Shown here one piece after another: positions 17,735-25,633 of a stretch of 29,729 nucleotides of DNA (its first letter is position 1; every line of letters begins with the position of its first letter). The position numbers and the translations under genes were made by a program. The DNA is from a virus (taxonomy: Duplodnaviria; Caudoviricetes), in the IMG/VR virus record IMGVR_UViG_3300044959_000414. One strand, written 5' to 3'. The notes below the pieces were generated by a model. That model saw nothing but the letters and a program-made list of their open reading frames with translations. It was not told the origin of the DNA and did not search any database.

Positions 17735-17845
17735 GGCTCCTCTGCTCCGGGGAAGTTCGGACCTCGAAAACAAACTCTGCTTACCTTGGCGGCTGTTCCC
17801 GCCGCGGGGCCGGGCCGCAGAACGGGCGGGAAGTACCTACCCGAC

Positions 17846-18076
17846 GACTTCTTGACCTTTTGCTCCCCCTCCCTCGCGTATGCGCGCGGGCGGGCCGGAT
17901 TCGCCCGCGAGGGATAGGGGGTGCAAGAAGTCAAGAAGGGAGGGGAGCGGCTGAATGTCCTTGTCTCTTCGCATGTTTCGACCTCCACCTTCTTGCCGAC
18001 CTTTTGACTTCTTGCTCCCCGCCCCACCCTTCTTGCACGCGCAAGAAGCCCTCTTGCGAGCCGCCCCGGTCAAGAG
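17846..18076. repeat. Iteron-like array (CTTCTTG/CAAGAAG), putative replication origin
   Basis: About 11 exact or near copies in both orientations, several as 8-bp-period tandem pairs, directly downstream of the primase gene. Confidence 0.7.
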
Positions 18077-20169
18077 GCCCCCAGCAGCCGGTAGAGCTTG
18101 CTGGGGCGTCCCGCCGTGCGGACCTCCGTGTACTCGATCAGCCGCTGGTTCAAGAGCGTGGTGCGGACCTCCTCGTGCTCGCGCTCGCTCCAGGGGTGCT
18201 TGCGGTTGATCTGCCAGAAGGGCATCCAGGCGTCGCCGTGCTTCTCCTGCCACTTGCGCAGCGTCACCACCAGCTTCTTGCAGCGGGCGTCGAACTCGTT
18301 CTCGCTGACGTACTCGCCGGCCATGAAGAGCATGCGGCGGGTCTGGTGCTCGACGAAGGCGCACGCCCAGCGGGCCGCGTCCGCGTCGATCCGCGGGTCG
18401 AGGTGGTTGGCGCTGCAGGCGTAGACCAGCGCCAGCCGGCGGGCCTTCTCGTTGGCCCGCGCCCAAATCGCCATGCCCACCGGGTCGCCCTTGTCCTCGG
18501 CCAGCGAGTACTGGTCGTCGGCCCGTTGGCGAAATGCCCGCAAGACGTCGGCGGCCTCGGGCGTGGCCTCGACGACCTTGGGGATGGGGTGCCAGTCCGC
18601 CAGGTTGCCACGCTTCTCCCCCGGACAGAAGTCCGCCCACCATCGCGCCGTCGCCAGGACCGGCGCCGGCAGGTCGCGGACGACCGCGTCCTGGCCCCGG
18701 CCGCGCTTGCCCGTCTCGAGGATGAGCATGCGGGCGAAGAAGCCGTTAGTGAGCATCTTCAGCGACAGCGCCTCGTAGTAGTGCTTGGGGATGGCGGTGC
18801 CGAAGATGCACAGGCACGGCTGGTCGATGACGCCCGGCTCCTTGCCCGCCTTGACCCGCATCGGGTAGAGCGCGCTGGCGCTGGTGTACATCTTGAGCAG
18901 CACGTTCATGATCCCCTCGTGCCGCGCGTCCTTGCCGAGGTTGATCTTGGTCATCAGGCCGTCGATCTCGTCAGTCTGGAACAGCACGGACGGGTGCAGG
19001 AACAGCCGGTCCTCGATCCCCTCGCCGCTGGCGAAGGTGTCGCCCAGGCTTTCGGTCAGTCCGGCCTCCAGCAGCACCTTCTGGTTGACCTTGCGCGGGT
19101 AGTCCTTGCCCGCCCCGGAGTTGGCCAGGCCGAGGACGTAGAGGTTGGTGCGGTTATCGGCGGCGTCGCGGACCTTGCGGCCGGCGAGCAGCGCCTGCAG
19201 CGACAGCGCCCCGCAGAAGGCGAGCGCCCGCTCCGGGTAGGGCGCGGTCTGGAGCGTGTACGTCATCACCTCGCCGATGAAGCCGGGGACGCAAAGCAGC
19301 TCGTCGGGGATCGGGCCGGGGTCCGGGTTGTCGGGGGCCTCGTCGCCCGGCCCCTCAGCGTACATCTGGTCCCAGTGGTTCTCGGCCAGCGCGACCGCGA
19401 CCTGGTCCGGCTCGTAGCGGGCGACGCTCGACGCGATCCGCTCGACCTCGCGCGGCGGCAGCGGCGGGGCACAGCGGTCGGCGTTGACGCGGAGGAGCGC
19501 CGCCGCCATCTCGGCCTGGGACATCCCCACCCGCCGCATCGCCCCCGCCAGGCGCGCCAGGGTCGCGTTCCGTTGCCCCTTGGGGATTTGGTTCGCCTCG
19601 GGCGGACCGGCCGCGACGTGGGCCGACGTGGGCGTTCCGTTGGCCAACCCGTCGAGTTCCTGGGCCAACCACGGCGGCGGTTCGGGGAGGCGGTCGGGCG
19701 GGTCGTCCAGCTCCAGACCCGGTGCCCAGCGGTAGGCCTTCCCTCCCTCGATCACGGACGGCGGGGCCACGATGTAGCCGCCGTCGGCGCGGGTATCGAC
19801 CTTCGGGGCGAGCCGCCCTTCGGTGCAGCGCCAGCCCTTGCCCGCCGGCTGGCGGAACACGCGGTGGCTACCGCCGCGCGGCGTGATGGCCATCGGCCCC
19901 GCCGCCAGGTCGAACATCCGCTCGGGGTTGCCGCCGGGCCAGGAGTTGGCGTCGCCGTCGATGTCGATGATGACCAGCCCCTCCGTGGCGACGGCGACGT
20001 TGGCGCTGGGGTGCTGCGTCCACCAGCGCTCGATCTGGTCGGGGTCGATGGTCGCGTCGTGGAAGCCGTGCTCGGTGAGCGGGACCTTCGTGCCGGGCGC
20101 GCAGGGGAACACCCGGTAGCCCAGCTCGGCATAGCGGAGAGCGGCGGTCAGCAGCTCGTTCGGCGTCAC
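18070..20169 (-). CDS. Bifunctional primase/polymerase (Prim-Pol, PriCT) with DUF3987-like helicase domain (~699 aa)
   Basis: ALRYAELGYRVFPC, IIDID, TPRGGSH, DTRADGGYIVAPPS, GQRNATLARLAG, P-loop ANSGAGKD and DEID. GTG start at 20169 (or 20172). Confidence 0.9.
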   Translation of the reverse strand: MTPNELLTAALRYAELGYRVFPCAPGTKVPLTEHGFHDATIDPDQIERWWTQHPSANVAVATEGLVIIDIDGDANSWPGGNPERMFDLAAGPMAITPRGGSHRVFRQPAGKGWRCTEGRLAPKVDTRADGGYIVAPPSVIEGGKAYRWAPGLELDDPPDRLPEPPPWLAQELDGLANGTPTSAHVAAGPPEANQIPKGQRNATLARLAGAMRRVGMSQAEMAAALLRVNADRCAPPLPPREVERIASSVARYEPDQVAVALAENHWDQMYAEGPGDEAPDNPDPGPIPDELLCVPGFIGEVMTYTLQTAPYPERALAFCGALSLQALLAGRKVRDAADNRTNLYVLGLANSGAGKDYPRKVNQKVLLEAGLTESLGDTFASGEGIEDRLFLHPSVLFQTDEIDGLMTKINLGKDARHEGIMNVLLKMYTSASALYPMRVKAGKEPGVIDQPCLCIFGTAIPKHYYEALSLKMLTNGFFARMLILETGKRGRGQDAVVRDLPAPVLATARWWADFCPGEKRGNLADWHPIPKVVEATPEAADVLRAFRQRADDQYSLAEDKGDPVGMAIWARANEKARRLALVYACSANHLDPRIDADAARWACAFVEHQTRRMLFMAGEYVSENEFDARCKKLVVTLRKWQEKHGDAWMPFWQINRKHPWSEREHEEVRTTLLNQRLIEYTEVRTAGRPSKLYRLLGAS
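19614..19645. repeat. 32-bp phased repeat, copy B
   Basis: 28/32 identical to 16070-16101; lies in the Prim-Pol/PriCT linker. Confidence 0.7.
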
Positions 20170-21887
20170 CACGGAATCTCCTCCTCCGCGGTGACCGCGT
20201 TGTACCCGAACGGGAAGTCGAGCGCGTTCTCAGGCAGATCGCCGAGGGCATCATCGGCCAGATGCTCGCCCTCCAGCGGCGGAGGGATGTCGCCGAGTTC
20301 ATAGCCGATGACTCGGTCGTAGTCCTCGCCGGTGACACTGCGGACGGTGATCTCCCGCGTGGGGGCCAGGCGTCCCGCCTGCGCCAGGGCAACCGCTTCC
20401 TCGGCAGTATCCGGGACTGGATCGGGCGAGCGCCGCTTCCACCAGGCGACTGCCTTGTGCCGGGCATAGCCGGTGTGCTCGAAGCAGACCCACTCGGACT
20501 TGAAGTCGTGGAAGCCGACCTTGTAGTCCACGCGCATCGACTTCGGGGCGTCGTCGCCCGCGCCGCGCTTGCGGTGGACGCTGTAGAACACGTCCCGCAC
20601 GGGGTACTTCTTGGTCGTCACCTGCCCGGAGAGGATGCCGGCCTCGCTCGCCTTGGCGTCGTGCTTCTGTCGCTCCGGCGGCGGGAACTCGTAGCCGCAG
20701 TCGGGGCAGCGGGCGTAGCCGGCGGCGATGACCGAATTGCACTCGGGGCACTCCTTGGCCGGGGCCGGCCCGCCGCCGGCGTCGCGCTCCCTGACCTTGA
20801 TCTGGTCCACGGGGCCGTGCCGCAGCACGTTGCCGCCGAAGTCGAGCACCAGGCAGTTGGCCTTGCTTGGGTGCAGGCGGAAGCCGCGGCCGACCATCTG
20901 GTAGTACAGCCCGGCCGACAGCGTCGGGCGCAGCAGCGCCACGCAGTCGATATTCGGCGCATCGAAGCCGGTGGTCAGCACGTTGACGTTGCACAGGTAC
21001 TTGAGCACGCCGGCCTTAAACCGGGCCAGGGTCGCGTCCCGCTCGTCGAGCGCCGTGTCGCCGGTGACGAAGCCGCAGTCAATGCCGTACTTCGCCTTCA
21101 GCACCGAGACGATGTGCTCGCCGTGCTTGACCCCGCTGGCGAAGATCAGCACCGCATTGCGGCTGCGGGTCTGCTCGACGATCTCGTCGCAGGCGGCCTC
21201 GACCAGCGCGTCGTTGTCCATCAGGTCCTCGACCTCGCCGGCGATGTACTCGCCGCCCCGGACGTGCAGCCCGCTGGTGTCGGCCTTCGCCTTGCCCGCC
21301 TTGGTGACCAGCGGGCAGAGGTATCCGCCCACGATCAGCTCGCGGACGCCGACCTCGTAGCAGACGTGGTTGAGGAAGCCGTCCGGCGTGCAGATCGACC
21401 CGGTCTTGAGGCGGAACGGCGTCGCCGTGAAGCCGATGATCCGCAGGTTGGGGTTGATGGTGCGGGCGTCGGCCAGGAATTGGCGGTACATGCCGTCACC
21501 TTCGGGCGGGATCATGTGCGCCTCGTCGATGACGACGAGGTCGAACGCCTCCAGTTCGCAGGCCCGCTTGTAGACCGACTGGATGCCGGCAATGATCACC
21601 GGGTGCGCGGTGTCGCGGCGCTTGAGGCCCGCCGAGTAGACGCCGAAGCGGACCTCGGGGCAGACCGCGTTGAGCTTGTCGGCCGCCTGCTCCAGCAGCT
21701 CCTTGACGTGGGCCAGGATCAGCACGCGGCCCTGCCACAGGCCCACGGCGTCCTTGCAGACCGACGCAATGACGGGCGTCTTGCCGCCAGCGGTGGGGAT
21801 CACCACGCACGGGTTGTCGTCCCGCACGCGCAGGTGGTCGTACAGCGCGGCCTTGGCCGCCTCCTGGTAGGGTCGCAAGAGCAGCAT
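20166..21887 (-). CDS. SF2 DEAH helicase, RadD/YejH-like, with C-terminal zinc finger (573 aa)
   Basis: LRPYQ, PTAGGKT, DEAH, TATP, LTTGFDAP, QMVGRGFR and CPEC...CPDC motifs; TGATG coupling with rusA. Confidence 0.92.
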   Translation of the reverse strand: MLLLRPYQEAAKAALYDHLRVRDDNPCVVIPTAGGKTPVIASVCKDAVGLWQGRVLILAHVKELLEQAADKLNAVCPEVRFGVYSAGLKRRDTAHPVIIAGIQSVYKRACELEAFDLVVIDEAHMIPPEGDGMYRQFLADARTINPNLRIIGFTATPFRLKTGSICTPDGFLNHVCYEVGVRELIVGGYLCPLVTKAGKAKADTSGLHVRGGEYIAGEVEDLMDNDALVEAACDEIVEQTRSRNAVLIFASGVKHGEHIVSVLKAKYGIDCGFVTGDTALDERDATLARFKAGVLKYLCNVNVLTTGFDAPNIDCVALLRPTLSAGLYYQMVGRGFRLHPSKANCLVLDFGGNVLRHGPVDQIKVRERDAGGGPAPAKECPECNSVIAAGYARCPDCGYEFPPPERQKHDAKASEAGILSGQVTTKKYPVRDVFYSVHRKRGAGDDAPKSMRVDYKVGFHDFKSEWVCFEHTGYARHKAVAWWKRRSPDPVPDTAEEAVALAQAGRLAPTREITVRSVTGEDYDRVIGYELGDIPPPLEGEHLADDALGDLPENALDFPFGYNAVTAEEEIPW

Positions 21888-22231
21888 CAGACGCACCGGA
21901 CGCGGACCACGGTTTTCCCGCCCTCGACGGGGTCGCACTTGACGATGGCGAGCCGGACGACTTGGCTATCGTCACCGTAGACGCCCCCGTGCTGGAGGGC
22001 GTCGAGGAGGGCCTTCTGCACGTTATCGATGTCGCGCCGCCGGCGGTCGGGCGGGTAGACATCGACCTCCACCGCCAGCGGTCCGCTCAGCGGGTTGACG
22101 CGCCGGGCCGCGAGGATCGCCAGCACGCGCTGGCGGAAGCGGCGGCCCTCGCGGCTGATCAGGGTGCGGAACCCCACCCGCCGCCAGTAGTGGTTGATCG
22201 ACGGCGGGTAGGGCAGCTCGGCCTCGAACAT
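21887..22231 (-). CDS. rusA: RusA-family Holliday junction resolvase (114 aa)
   Basis: LPYPPSINHYW...PPDRRRRDIDNVQKALLDAL...DDSQV signature; ATG overlaps the upstream stop. Confidence 0.92.
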   Translation of the reverse strand: MFEAELPYPPSINHYWRRVGFRTLISREGRRFRQRVLAILAARRVNPLSGPLAVEVDVYPPDRRRRDIDNVQKALLDALQHGGVYGDDSQVVRLAIVKCDPVEGGKTVVRVRCV

Positions 22232-22695
22232 CAGTTGCGCCTCCACGGCGGCGTGCTGTTGGCGGACGGCTGCGTGCCTGCCGTCCCGGGCTGCAGGGCT
22301 TCCTTCTTCGTGTAGCCCTTGATTTCGTTGGTGATCTCGCCGGTGTCGTCGCGCTTCTTGCACTTCACGGAGATGACCAGGGGCAGGTTGTGCAGCTCGA
22401 CCGAGTCGTTGGGGGCCAGCACGCCCACGGCCCGGCAGATGGCGGACAACTCGGCGCGGGCGATCTGCACCGCCGTCGCGTTCGGGTTGTCGAGGTTGAG
22501 CCGCGCCCACAGGTAGCGGTTCTTGTACGGCCCCTCGACGATCTGGAAGGTGAGCTGGAGGAAGTGGCCCGTGTTGGCCTTGTTCGGCTTCATCTCCGAC
22601 TCGGTGATGACGGCCAGGTACTTGCCGGCGGGGATCGGGTCGAAGTCGCTGGTCGGTTCGACATGGTTGGCGTCGAAGCCACGGAGGTCAGCCAT
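22231..22695 (-). CDS. DUF669-family single-stranded DNA-binding-like protein (154 aa)
   Basis: FDPIPAGKYLAVI...LQLTFQIVEG...NEIKGY pattern; follows the AAA ATPase. Confidence 0.8.
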   Translation of the reverse strand: MADLRGFDANHVEPTSDFDPIPAGKYLAVITESEMKPNKANTGHFLQLTFQIVEGPYKNRYLWARLNLDNPNATAVQIARAELSAICRAVGVLAPNDSVELHNLPLVISVKCKKRDDTGEITNEIKGYTKKEALQPGTAGTQPSANSTPPWRRN

Positions 22696-23476
22696 GTTCG
22701 TTCGCTCCTTGGGTGGGTTGGTGGTTGGAAAGGGCCGCGACGAAGGCAGCCCACGACAGGGGCAGGTCCTCGGTCAGCCCGTAACGGTTCTTGGCGATGC
22801 ACGAGGGGCCGCCGACGGTCCGCAGCACGCGCTCGCCGCCGTCCTTGCCCAGCGCGTGGGCGATGGTGCGCTTGCGGCCGAATCCGGCGTCCTCCGTCTG
22901 CGTGCGGACCTTCCGCGTGGCGAACAGCACCGCGTCGCACCACTCGCTGACCAGCGCGCTGGCGTGCTTGTGCAGGCGCGGCGAGTAGCGGTCGTAGGGC
23001 GACGACTCCGGGTCCTCGAACTTCTCGACCTTGGCGTGCGCGATCAGCACGACGACCATGCCGCGCGTGTTGCGGAGCGCGTTGAGGTGCTCGACGACCT
23101 CGCGCCAGTAGGTCAGGGCGTGCGTGTAGCCCTTGGCGTAGCCGCCGTCGGCCTTCTCGATGCTCTTGGCCCCGGACTCCTGGCAGACCTTGTCCCAGAT
23201 CATCCGCTCCAGCCAGTCGAGGCTGTCGATGACGACCGTCTCGTACTCGTGCGGCTCGGCCCGCAGCCCGGCCAGCGCGGCTAGGACCTCGTCGTAGGTG
23301 GTCGCCAGGGGGAACTTGTCGCAGTCGATCTCGTCCAGGCCGTCCTCGGTCTGGACGAAGACCGGCCTGGGCGCGCCGGCCGCGAAGGTGGACTTGCCGA
23401 TCCCCTCGGTGCCGTAGACGAGCAGTCGCGGCGGCTTCGGGGTGCGGCCCCGCTGGACGCGGGCCAAGAGGCTCAT
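22688..23476 (-). CDS. Phage AAA (AAA_24 / Sak4-like) ATP-binding protein (262 aa)
   Basis: Walker A YGTEGIGKST, Walker B VVIDSLDWLE, LIAH and AKNR motifs. Confidence 0.88.
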   Translation of the reverse strand: MSLLARVQRGRTPKPPRLLVYGTEGIGKSTFAAGAPRPVFVQTEDGLDEIDCDKFPLATTYDEVLAALAGLRAEPHEYETVVIDSLDWLERMIWDKVCQESGAKSIEKADGGYAKGYTHALTYWREVVEHLNALRNTRGMVVVLIAHAKVEKFEDPESSPYDRYSPRLHKHASALVSEWCDAVLFATRKVRTQTEDAGFGRKRTIAHALGKDGGERVLRTVGGPSCIAKNRYGLTEDLPLSWAAFVAALSNHQPTQGANEHG

Positions 23477-23778
23477 GCGTGGACCTCCTCGGGTTGGTGG
23501 TTGGTCTTGTCGGTGACGCGCTCGACGCGGAAACCGTCCGCGCCGAACTCGCGGCGGATGAAGCCGACGAACAGCCGGTTGCAGTCCCGGCCGACCGGCG
23601 TGCCCGCGTCGATGACGCAGGCACGCCGGTCGCGGTCCAAGAGATGGGCCGCGTCGAGGCGGACCTGGGCTTCGCCGTGCAGGCTCTCCGTGCCCCAGAT
23701 GGCCAACAGCAGCGTGGCCTCGACCTCCTCGAGCGGGACGTGCGGCGGGAAGGAGTAGCGGTAGAGTTCCTTGGTCAT
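23473..23778 (-). CDS. Hypothetical protein (101 aa), first gene of the replication operon
   Basis: GAGG RBS; ATGA coupling to the ATPase gene. Confidence 0.75.
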   Translation of the reverse strand: MTKELYRYSFPPHVPLEEVEATLLLAIWGTESLHGEAQVRLDAAHLLDRDRRACVIDAGTPVGRDCNRLFVGFIRREFGADGFRVERVTDKTNHQPEEVHA

Positions 23779-23799
23779 GTCGCGCCTCTTCCGAATGAC

Positions 23800-23848
23800 G
23801 GGCCTCTACCCGTAGACCTACCCGGTCCGCAGGCGGGTTGACGCAGGG
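23800..23848 (-). promoter_or_regulatory. 49-bp conserved promoter-like motif, copy 2 (replication operon)
   Basis: 40/49 identity to 12669-12717; separated from the sigma gene stop by 1 bp and about 21 bp upstream of ATG 23778. Confidence 0.7.
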
Positions 23849-23849
23849 C

Positions 23850-24476
23850 TCAGAGATAATCCCGTAGCCCCGCGCCCTCGAAGGCGCGGCGGACGTGTTC
23901 CATTCGCCGCAGCAGCGTCGTGCGCGGCAGGCCCAGGTCGCGGGCTACCTGGGAGACGGAGTCGTGCTTGAGCCGCTCGGCCACGTCCCGGAGGTCCGCC
24001 GGCAGGTCGGCCAGCACGTCGGCCACGTCGCCGGCGAGCTGCGCCCGCTCCTCGTCGCTGCGGGGGTCGCGGCCGAGCCGGGCGTCCTGCTCGCGCCGGC
24101 CGACCGTTTCGGCCAGCTCGACCGGGCCGTTGTCGCCGGTCTCGATCAGGACGTGCAGCGACGTGGCCCGCCGGTGGTCGCGCTTTTCCGCCCGCTTGTC
24201 GCGGAGGAGGCTGGCGGCGTACCGCTCGACCACGGTGGTGACGAAGACGTGCCAGTGGGCCTCGCCGGGGTCGAAGGCCGACAGCTGCTTGAGCAGCTTG
24301 AGGGCGAGTTCCTGCTCGATGTCGTCCCGGTCACTCCGGGTGAAGCCGGCCCGGCCCACGAGCTGCCGGGCCTTGCGGCGGATCAGGCGCGCCGCGAAGG
24401 CATCGAGCTGTTTCGGACTCGCCGAACTGTGAGGATGGGGTTGGGGAGTTGGAGATTGCCTCGTGTCTGGTTTCAT
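23850..24476 (-). CDS. ECF-like sigma-70 family factor (208 aa)
   Basis: Region 2-like DRDDIEQELALKLL...FDP...FVTTVV and region 4-like LADLPADLRDVAERL...SQVARDLGLPRTTL. Start uncertain. Confidence 0.75.
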   Translation of the reverse strand: MKPDTRQSPTPQPHPHSSASPKQLDAFAARLIRRKARQLVGRAGFTRSDRDDIEQELALKLLKQLSAFDPGEAHWHVFVTTVVERYAASLLRDKRAEKRDHRRATSLHVLIETGDNGPVELAETVGRREQDARLGRDPRSDEERAQLAGDVADVLADLPADLRDVAERLKHDSVSQVARDLGLPRTTLLRRMEHVRRAFEGAGLRDYL

Positions 24477-24561
24477 GACCCTTTGCCCGAACGGGTGGTT
24501 GATCCCGCCGTGCCCGTTGCACAGCGACCACCCGCCGGCCGGGTTGCATGACCGGCGCGCG

Positions 24562-24600
24562 AAAAAACGGCGGCGCAACTGAAGTCGTTGCGCCGCCGTT
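24562..24600 (-). terminator. Intrinsic terminator or attenuator upstream of the sigma gene
   Basis: Perfect 14-bp stem AACGGCGGCGCAAC / GTTGCGCCGCCGTT with a 7-nt loop, ending in a T6 tract on the minus strand. Confidence 0.75.
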
Positions 24601-24622
24601 CGATCAGGTCACGAATTCCCGA

Positions 24623-24655
24623 GTTGCAGTTGCACGAAACCGGTGCAACTGCAAC
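24623..24655. promoter_or_regulatory. Perfect 13-bp inverted repeat of tandem GTTGCA units (operator or RNA hairpin)
   Basis: GTTGCAGTTGCAC-gaaaccg-GTGCAACTGCAAC, 3 bp past the stop of the HTH gene. Confidence 0.6.
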
Positions 24656-24658
24656 CCG

Positions 24659-25633
24659 CTACCCCGTCTTCTGCCCGCGCGGCCTCCCCTTCCAGCGCAT
24701 GATCTGGTCCAGGTCCAGGGCCGTCTCCCAGTACAGGCGCAGCTCGCGCGCCGACTCGTCGGCCAGGCAGCGGCTGACGTCGGCCTTCGTCAGCCCGGTG
24801 CGCTTCGCCAGGTCCTTCTGGCTCGGCCGGGGGAGCAGCTCCGGGGTGCCCGTCCGTTCCTTGGTCGCGTAAGCGTAGTCCCTGGCCGCCAAGAGGTGTT
24901 CCGCCATCTCACGGACCAGCGCCTCGATCTTGCCGGCCCGCTCGGCCCGCTTGCGGGGCGGCCGCTTCGCCTTGACCCCGTCGGTCAGCCCCGAGTCGGT
25001 CAGCCGGCTTTCGACGTAGGCCATGTCGAAGGAAAGCGCGGCCGGCCCGAAGGTGACCACGGACTCCAGGGCGATGGCCAGGTTCGTGGTCGCGCTGCCC
25101 CAGCGCCGGACGCTCGCTTCCGTGGGCAAGAAGAGCAGGGCCTTGGGCCGGCGGGACATCTCGGCGGTGAGGGCGGGGCGGCTATCCTCGTAGACGTGCC
25201 GGGCGAAGTAGACCTCGCGCGGGCGCTGCCCCCAGGTCGCCTTGCCCACGCGCCAGAGGTGCCCGGTCACGGCCTCGGCGGGCGGCCCGCGGACGCCCGC
25301 GGCGTCGGACACGGCGGCGAGGAGTGCCGGTACGTCCACGGCCCACCGCTTCAGGCGGTCGAGCGGGACCTCGACGGCCCCGCACTCCGGGCAGGGGATG
25401 TAGGCGTGCCGCCGCCCCGTCCGGCTGCTGGTGACGAACTCGACGCGGCCGACGTAACCGCGCCCGCAGTCCCAGCACGGCGCGGACGTGGCCGGCGTCG
25501 TCTCGCGCAACAGCCCGAGGCCGACCAGCCGTTCCAGTGCGGGGCCGAGGTGCTTGTGGGCCTCCTCCGCGAAGAACACCGGCGGCTCGTCATCCAGCCG
25601 CTGCAACATCAGGGGCAACGGATCGGACACCAT
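24659..25633 (-). CDS. Hypothetical protein with C4 zinc motif and C-terminal HTH (324 aa)
   Basis: CWDC...CPEC; C-terminal PSQKDLAKRTGLTKADVSRCL helix-turn-helix pattern. Confidence 0.75.
   Translation of the reverse strand: MVSDPLPLMLQRLDDEPPVFFAEEAHKHLGPALERLVGLGLLRETTPATSAPCWDCGRGYVGRVEFVTSSRTGRRHAYIPCPECGAVEVPLDRLKRWAVDVPALLAAVSDAAGVRGPPAEAVTGHLWRVGKATWGQRPREVYFARHVYEDSRPALTAEMSRRPKALLFLPTEASVRRWGSATTNLAIALESVVTFGPAALSFDMAYVESRLTDSGLTDGVKAKRPPRKRAERAGKIEALVREMAEHLLAARDYAYATKERTGTPELLPRPSQKDLAKRTGLTKADVSRCLADESARELRLYWETALDLDQIMRWKGRPRGQKTG

Noticed and set aside
8900-21980. Long plus-strand ORFs (e.g. 8900-10645, 13075-14919, 16034-17917, 17860-20304, 20262-21980)
   Set aside because: Antisense shadows of well-supported minus-strand genes. 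Stop codons are scarce in GC-rich DNA with strong GC3 bias, and the translations carry no motifs.
12669-23848. 49-bp direct repeats read as attL/attR or transposon ends
   Set aside because: They are internal to the element, flank essential modules, and show block-spacer-block conservation just upstream of start codons, which fits promoters better.
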